Assembly (NCBI GenBank): GCA_041736305.1
Contig: JBGSTX010000072.1
Location: 1-14,612, forward strand
DNA from: Oligoflexus sp.
Lineage (GTDB): Bacteria > Bdellovibrionota_B > Oligoflexia > Oligoflexales > Oligoflexaceae
Length of the DNA: 14,612 nucleotides
Direction of reading: 5' to 3'
The notes below the pieces were generated by a model, which was not told the DNA's origin, did no database searches, and saw only the letters and a program-made list of their open reading frames with translations. The translations under genes were made by a program, and so were the position numbers. Positions 1 to 5,208 of the stretch are shown one piece after another; positions within the stretch are counted from its first letter, which is position 1, and each line of letters opens with the position of its first letter.

Positions 1-339
1 GTGCCCACGACCTCGTGTCGCGTGAAAACGGTGCGGGGCTTTTCGAGTCGCTACGAAAGACGAGCAAGTTCCGATGCTCATACCGGCGTTATTGACGAGA
101 AGATCGAGCCGACCGAAAGCGTCTTTGACGTTCTTCGTCAGTTCTTTGCACTGTTCTTCTTGGGCTAGATCGGCATGAAAAATCTTTGAGCCAGGCAGAG
201 CTTCGGCAAGGAGGCGCGCCTCTTGCTCTTGGGAACGGTAATGAATTGCAACGAGAAATCCCTGCTCGGCGAGGGCGTGGGCACACGCTCGACCGATACC
301 GCGCGAAGCGCCGGTGACAAGGGCTACCTTCTGTTCCAT
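1..339 (-). CDS. Short-chain dehydrogenase/reductase (FabG-like 3-oxoacyl-ACP reductase), 5' part only; runs off the window edge
   Basis: Manual translation from ATG at 339 (not in ORF track): MEQKVALVTGASRGIGRACAHALAEQGFLVAIHYRSQ...ADLAQEEQCKELTKNVKDAFGRLDLLVNNAGMSI. Contains the classical SDR TGxxxGIG Rossmann motif and the NNAG motif; AAGGA RBS-like sequence just upstream. The catalytic YxxxK is not in the window, so substrate is unassigned. Confidence 0.92.
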   Translation of the reverse strand, partial: MEQKVALVTGASRGIGRACAHALAEQGFLVAIHYRSQEQEARLLAEALPGSKIFHADLAQEEQCKELTKNVKDAFGRLDLLVNNAGMSIGTCSSFVATRKAPHRFHATRGRGH

Positions 340-432
340 ACGTCGTCCTTAATCTATAAAACGCTGTGAATCGATCCCCTTTAGAACTCTGAGTCCTATC
401 ATTTTTCCTGGGGAGCGACAATAAGCTAAACT

Positions 433-448
433 TATGACGTATGTCACA
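433..448. promoter_or_regulatory. Putative CRP/FNR-family-like palindromic binding site
   Basis: TATGA-CGTATG-TCACA matches TGTGA-N6-TCACA at 9 of 10 positions; intergenic, about 100 nt upstream of the SDR start codon. Confidence 0.35.
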
Positions 449-476
449 TAGGCTGGTTAGGATCTTTGCTGATTTC

Positions 477-1466
477 TCAAGAGGCGGATTTATCGAGATT
501 AAGCTGGGCGCTGGGATCGTTCTGCGGGGCATCGACCCGATTGGCTCCCAAAGCTTTGGCTCGTTGGATTCCCAGTTCGGCTATGCGCAGCATATCATTG
601 GGACTGGCTAGGTTTTTTCGCGGTCCACTATAATGAGCGACTCCGACTGAGGCGCTCAGCTGCAGACCTTGATTTTTGCCCTCAAAGACCGCGACTTCAA
701 CCTTTCGTCGCATACGTTCGGCGACTCTCAGAGCGCCATTAATGTCAGTTTCAGGTAGCGCCAGCATGAAGTCCGCGCTGCCTGAACGGGCCGCATAGTC
801 TATCTCAAAGCGGATTCCATCACCAAGTTCTTGACCGATTTGGGTGATGATCTCCGACCCGACTGCTTCGCCGAGGCGTTCGCTTAGTGCAGCAAAGCCA
901 TCGATTTCAATCAGAATAAGCGAGAGGTTTTTCAAATAACGCTCTGCTCTCTTGAATTCGTTTCGTAGCTGTCTAGCCATGAAACGCATGTTGTAGAGGC
1001 CAGTGAGTTCATCAGTGAGCGAGAGCTTCTTCAAGCGCTCACTGACTCGGCCAAGTTTTTGATTGGTTTCGAGAAGCTCGAGCATGGTCGCACGGATGCG
1101 AAGGCCGGCTTTAACGAGGACGCGCAGCTGCTGAGCGGCCTGCGCACGGGTACAGACAACGTCGATGCTGGCAGCATCTTCGAGCGATTCCGCGTCCATC
1201 GAATCGGTGGTCATAAGACTTGCGACATAGGATTTGGGCTGTAGGCCTTTGCGCACAGTCTCGAGCATGGGAAGGGCAGCTGCCGCGAGACTGGGGTAAT
1301 CGATGAATATAAGTTCGACCGGAGTTCCTAGCAAGGACGAGTCCATAGCCGAAGGCGAAGCCAGAAATATAAGTTCAAAACTGGCCTCTAAAGCGGCGCT
1401 ATAAAGCTTCCGGTCTAGTTCGTGCTCGATCAAAAGAACGATTTTTGGCTTATTTACATTTTTCAT
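477..1466 (-). CDS. Atypical receiver domain + coiled coil + degenerate GGDEF domain protein (probable c-di-GMP effector or pseudo-diguanylate cyclase)
   Basis: PleD/WspR-like layout: REC-like N-terminus (KIVLLIEHE, ELIFIDY), helical linker, intact SLTDELTGLYN, then GGDEF fold ending in LSASVGVA...AKALGANRV. Active-site motif reads RSGSADF. Start placed at ATG 1466 because GAGGT lies just upstream (ORF track starts at 1496). Confidence 0.88.
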   Translation of the reverse strand: MKNVNKPKIVLLIEHELDRKLYSAALEASFELIFLASPSAMDSSLLGTPVELIFIDYPSLAAAALPMLETVRKGLQPKSYVASLMTTDSMDAESLEDAASIDVVCTRAQAAQQLRVLVKAGLRIRATMLELLETNQKLGRVSERLKKLSLTDELTGLYNMRFMARQLRNEFKRAERYLKNLSLILIEIDGFAALSERLGEAVGSEIITQIGQELGDGIRFEIDYAARSGSADFMLALPETDINGALRVAERMRRKVEVAVFEGKNQGLQLSASVGVAHYSGPRKNLASPNDMLRIAELGIQRAKALGANRVDAPQNDPSAQLNLDKSAS

Positions 1467-1565
1467 CACGCTTACCTCTAAGGAGCTCATCGGCACGTGA
1501 GCACCCGCACATTCTTACGAGTGAAGCATAAGAATCTTACTTTAAGCGCTCAAAGCATGAACTCT

Positions 1566-4079
1566 TCAGCCGATTTTCCTGATGATCTGGCCCTTTTGCT
1601 GCTGGACCTGCTTTTCTAATTCATTGGCAATCAAGGTCATACCCTGGAGGATCGCGGCCGTACTATTCCAGATGCTGTCCAGATTGTTGCTGGCGTCGGG
1701 ATGAAAGCCCTCGTGGGCGGCGCGATTCCGGAAATCCTGGAAGATATGGAGTTCTTTACAGAAATTGAAAAGCTGCTCCTGGTTCATCGAGTTGATCGGG
1801 AAAATGCGAGCCAAACCGTAACGGCATTCGCTTCTGGAAAAACATATGAAGAAAATGGCGAAAGCTTTTAGCCCGTCGAGTGTAAAACGCTTGCCCGGTC
1901 GGAATTGACAGATAGCACGCAGCATCTTTCTCAGTTTAAAGCGACTGAAGAAAGGAATGGTATGGATGATAGGCAAACTCTCGATATATTGCTCAAAATC
2001 ATCCATAGCCGATTGAATCGGACGAGCGTAGCCGATAACATCGAGCTTTCTCTGCAGGATACCCTGGCGAATCAAATCGCTACAAGACTGCTCAAAGTTC
2101 TCGCGAAAGCAAATTTCGAGAGCTTTGTACTGCATGTCGATAGCTGGACTAAGGTCTATAGTCCCGAGCTGGCTGACTTGCTCGACCTGGAGGTGGAAGA
2201 ACTGTGCTGTTCGCAGCGCTCTTTTTACTTCGCTCGAGAGCTTATCGTAACCCTTAATCTTATGCTGGAGAAGCTTATCGAGATCTGCCGTCGTAGGCGT
2301 TTTCTGAGAACTATCTACATTTACATTGGTAGTTTTGCTCGGTTCATCAATGACGAGCAGACTGGAGATAGCATCCCGCAGTTCTATCAGCAGATTGTTA
2401 CTGGATAGCGTTCGATAATTGAGGTCATTGAGCGCAGAGCGAAGCTCGGCCTGCAAATGACTGACATCGAGATCCTTCAGGATCTGGCTGATCTCAAGCT
2501 GGAGGTTTGGACTGACATTGGGACGGGTGAGAAAGGCAACCAGTTCCTGCGAAGCGCGAACTGTGCCTATTCCCTGCAGCGCATAAACTAGCGAGCGTAG
2601 AACAGGCTCTTCTTGGCTGCGGATGAAATCGAGCAGCTTGAGGGCGGCTGTATCATTGCCCTTGAAGCGACCCAGAGTATCGATGAAGCAGATTTGAAAG
2701 ACTGCAGGCGCCTGGCGTGCTTTGGCACTCAAAGCCTCAATTTTGTCAGGACTGGGCTTAAGCCAGGCATGGCTCAGCTGGCTCCAGAAGTCGTCGCCTT
2801 CAACATCACCGAACTTCGTATTGTGATAAGCCAGCGCGAAGAAGTTCTGTCTCTGAACTTCTTCAGGCAAAAACTCTTTCTCCCATAGACCGAGGCTGCT
2901 GCGCTCGCTGACTACTCCAGTTTCAAAAGCGGCGATCGTTTTTTCGCGTTCGCTGATAATCCGTGAGAAGACGCTGTTGCCGCCCGCTCCGGCGTTTAAT
3001 AGCGCTGAATAGCGCGGCAAAAGGAGAGTGAGGAGCTCAGAGGGGTTCTCCACACTTTTCAATTTCATACGCAGATTATCGAGAATCTCATTTTGCATCG
3101 GATAGTCGAGCAGGCTGCCGACGATGTTAAAGGCAAAGGCCTGCGCCTTCGGACCTTCACATTGCAGAACTGCGACCCTGAGAATCTCCTGAGGAATGCC
3201 GGCAAAGAACTCCCAGCTCTGCTCGGCTATAGACGGCAGTTCCTTTCTGGATAGCTCATCGAACATGTACACCAGAATGTCGGCGCTGATGTGATGACGT
3301 TCCCAAAGACTTGGCCAGTTGTCGCTGATCACCTGTCCATCGGGACTTTGCTTTGACTTCACGCCGATGAAATCATTGATCGCCTTGATTTCGCGGATCC
3401 AGCGATTGCCTTCTTTATGAGCATTGAGAAACTGAGACCATATTCCGCTAAAACTCTGGTAGACTTTTTGCGATTTTACCCAAGCTGGATCACAGCTGAA
3501 GACGTAGCAGAGGAAATAGGGCAGGGTCTTATCCGCAGCCGAATTCCCTTTGGAGCTGTCCTCTATGCCCTTCTTTGCGACCTGTAGCAGTAGCTCGGAA
3601 TTGACGCGAAACTGGGATGCGCGAAAGCAAAGGAGCGAGAGAAAGGTCGAGGACATGTCCTTGATGCCTTCCATCTCAGCCATATGGGAAATCAGAGGAT
3701 AGCCACCACCGAACCAAGCGAGGTCGAGCAAGGTATAGCGAATGCGCTGAGGGGTGAGATCGGAAAGGCTCAGGGGCAGCGTGCGATGCCACATGATGCA
3801 GTCGGTGCGAGTCGCCCATTCCCATAGAGCGGCGGACGCCACGTTCTGGTCCCAGGTCATCAGCTGAGAGCTGAGATAGTCTTCGAAGGCTAGCTTATGC
3901 TTAGCCGAAGTAGTCTTAAGAATTGATATATGTTCGTCGGTATTCAGTTTGAGTTTCAAAAGGTCAGAGCTAAGGGAAATTGGTAAGCTGACCTGAGAAT
4001 CACGCATCTTTTGCAAAATCGACAAACGGACATCGGAATTGGCTTCAGCGAGATAGGCTTCGATTAGAGGTAGTTCCAA
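1566..4079 (-). CDS. Large alpha-helical HEAT-repeat-like protein with C-terminal HEPN-like domain (~837 aa)
   Basis: Long ORF; TTG at 4079 is preceded by GGGAGG, which removes the overlap with the divergent gene. HEAT/PBS-lyase-like segment (IDTLGRF...VLRSLVYALQGIGTVRASQELVAFL), S/T-rich linker, then DLSPAIDMQYKALEICFR and FRNRAAH motifs. CDS is near certain; domain calls are by motif recognition. Confidence 0.75.
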   Translation of the reverse strand: MELPLIEAYLAEANSDVRLSILQKMRDSQVSLPISLSSDLLKLKLNTDEHISILKTTSAKHKLAFEDYLSSQLMTWDQNVASAALWEWATRTDCIMWHRTLPLSLSDLTPQRIRYTLLDLAWFGGGYPLISHMAEMEGIKDMSSTFLSLLCFRASQFRVNSELLLQVAKKGIEDSSKGNSAADKTLPYFLCYVFSCDPAWVKSQKVYQSFSGIWSQFLNAHKEGNRWIREIKAINDFIGVKSKQSPDGQVISDNWPSLWERHHISADILVYMFDELSRKELPSIAEQSWEFFAGIPQEILRVAVLQCEGPKAQAFAFNIVGSLLDYPMQNEILDNLRMKLKSVENPSELLTLLLPRYSALLNAGAGGNSVFSRIISEREKTIAAFETGVVSERSSLGLWEKEFLPEEVQRQNFFALAYHNTKFGDVEGDDFWSQLSHAWLKPSPDKIEALSAKARQAPAVFQICFIDTLGRFKGNDTAALKLLDFIRSQEEPVLRSLVYALQGIGTVRASQELVAFLTRPNVSPNLQLEISQILKDLDVSHLQAELRSALNDLNYRTLSSNNLLIELRDAISSLLVIDEPSKTTNVNVDSSQKTPTTADLDKLLQHKIKGYDKLSSEVKRALRTAQFFHLQVEQVSQLGTIDLSPAIDMQYKALEICFRENFEQSCSDLIRQGILQRKLDVIGYARPIQSAMDDFEQYIESLPIIHTIPFFSRFKLRKMLRAICQFRPGKRFTLDGLKAFAIFFICFSRSECRYGLARIFPINSMNQEQLFNFCKELHIFQDFRNRAAHEGFHPDASNNLDSIWNSTAAILQGMTLIANELEKQVQQQKGQIIRKIG

Positions 4080-4203
4080 AGTTTGACCCTCCCGGATCCT
4101 TTGCCGTTGCCGCCGGCTCGTGCTCTTGGCTGTACAGGTAATAATTAAATATCCTATCATAAATGCCACTGCAGATGTAGATCGCTTGCATAGGGGAGAG
4201 TTC
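4080..4203. promoter_or_regulatory. Divergent promoter region
   Basis: 124 nt between divergent starts with an AT-rich core (ataattaaatatcctatcataaat). Minus strand has extended -10-like TGaTAGGAT; plus strand has TGTACA-N18-TATCAT. Confidence 0.45.
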
Positions 4204-5208
4204 GTGCTGAGTAAGAGAATCTGTCTTGGCTTTTTCGCTGCACTCGGCGTCATATCATATTTCCCTCTAAGCAGCAGCCAAGCTAAAGCTGGCGGGTCGA
4301 ACCCTCTGCGCCTCAAAGATAGCCGACACTTCCAGATATCTATCGAACCTGGGCTCCATGCTGTTTTTCGTCGTGAGAAGGTAGTCCTGACCAGCCCCGA
4401 AGAAGGCTCTTTTTACATTCAATCGACCTACAATGAGACGGCGAGGGAAGTTGATCTCGGTTTTGGATCTTTGCACAATCCGCTCGATGGTAGTGAACGA
4501 AGTCCATTAGCTACGGATGCTAAAGAGCGGCGCCTGCGGGGCATTCTACCTCTTGATGGCTATCTATTCTTCCTCGACTCCCTGCGCCGTCAGCTACTGA
4601 TTTGGAATGAAGCTACGAAAGAGTGGCATTTGCCGGCAGACATCGTCTTCGATCAGGTGCGCCCGCCTGCAGATCGAGGTGGCGAGGCGCCCGAGAGTGA
4701 AATCAGAAAAGTGAGGCAGCGCCTCCAAAGAGAGTATCGAGCCAAGGTGAGCGATCGCGACCTCTTGATCGGATTCACTCGCATTCCCTGGCTGGATAAA
4801 GAAAAAAGCCAGTTTCTCCTGCTTCTACGACTCGCTCATAGCCCCCTGCTTACCGTGCATTGCGAGGGCCGACACTATGGGCGTTGTATGGCGCAACGAA
4901 GCTGCTTTCTTGCAGGACTAGGAGCCGATGAGCTCGAGTCTGTTAGGGGCATCGCCACGGTCCCGGGTCGCAAAGAAATCTGGCTAGCCATGCCGCGTAA
5001 GAACAAGATCCTTCGTCTTTCGGCCAGCAGTTGCCTCAGTATCCGTCCCATAGGGAGCATAGCCTTGGCTCCAGATCTGAGGGATTTGAGTAATATGAAT
5101 TTTGACGAGCAGGGGAACCTTTGGGTGACGCTGGCTAAAGCCAACCCCGACCTCAATGGCTCGCTCTTTCGCTGGGATGCAGCAACGCTAGAACAGCTTA
5201 AACCTTAA
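4204..5208 (+). CDS. Secreted/periplasmic hypothetical protein with beta-propeller-like (NHL/SMP-30-like) blades (~334 aa)
   Basis: GTG at 4204 follows GGGGAG; N-terminus looks like a Sec signal peptide (KR + hydrophobic stretch + SQA/KA). Blade-like segments LRGILPLDGYLFFLDS, VRGIATVPGRKEIWLA and LSNMNFDEQGNLWVT; four Cys in the mature part. Confidence 0.65.
   Translation: MLSKRICLGFFAALGVISYFPLSSSQAKAGGSNPLRLKDSRHFQISIEPGLHAVFRREKVVLTSPEEGSFYIQSTYNETAREVDLGFGSLHNPLDGSERSPLATDAKERRLRGILPLDGYLFFLDSLRRQLLIWNEATKEWHLPADIVFDQVRPPADRGGEAPESEIRKVRQRLQREYRAKVSDRDLLIGFTRIPWLDKEKSQFLLLLRLAHSPLLTVHCEGRHYGRCMAQRSCFLAGLGADELESVRGIATVPGRKEIWLAMPRKNKILRLSASSCLSIRPIGSIALAPDLRDLSNMNFDEQGNLWVTLAKANPDLNGSLFRWDAATLEQLKP

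Noticed and set aside
1-75. Group II intron 3' end or IS200/IS605 end (G-U-rich hairpin with GTGAAA loop, ending ...CCGAT)
   Set aside because: No catalytic AGC/CGC triad in proper domain V geometry and no RT or transposase in view; too short to call. Kept only as an unexplained junction.
89-532. 147 aa minus-strand ORF from the track
   Set aside because: Arg/Ser/Pro-rich with no motifs; it overlaps in another frame the clear SDR gene starting at 339.
477-1466. Active diguanylate cyclase
   Set aside because: GGDEF motif and substrate/metal-binding residues are substituted.
1905-2888. Plus-strand ORFs 1905..2408 and 2613..2888 as antisense antitoxins of the HEPN-like gene
   Set aside because: Fully antisense to a long CDS, no recognisable motifs; consistent with shadow ORFs.
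4100-4200. Sigma-54 promoter (TGGC and TTGC words present)
   Set aside because: GG-N10-GC spacing with consensus flanks is not met on either strand.
4080-4316. N-terminal extensions of the 916 aa ORF (to 4316) and the 362 aa ORF (from 4120), implying head-to-head overlap
   Set aside because: Good RBS-linked starts at 4079 (TTG) and 4204 (GTG) remove the overlap; the extensions look non-coding.
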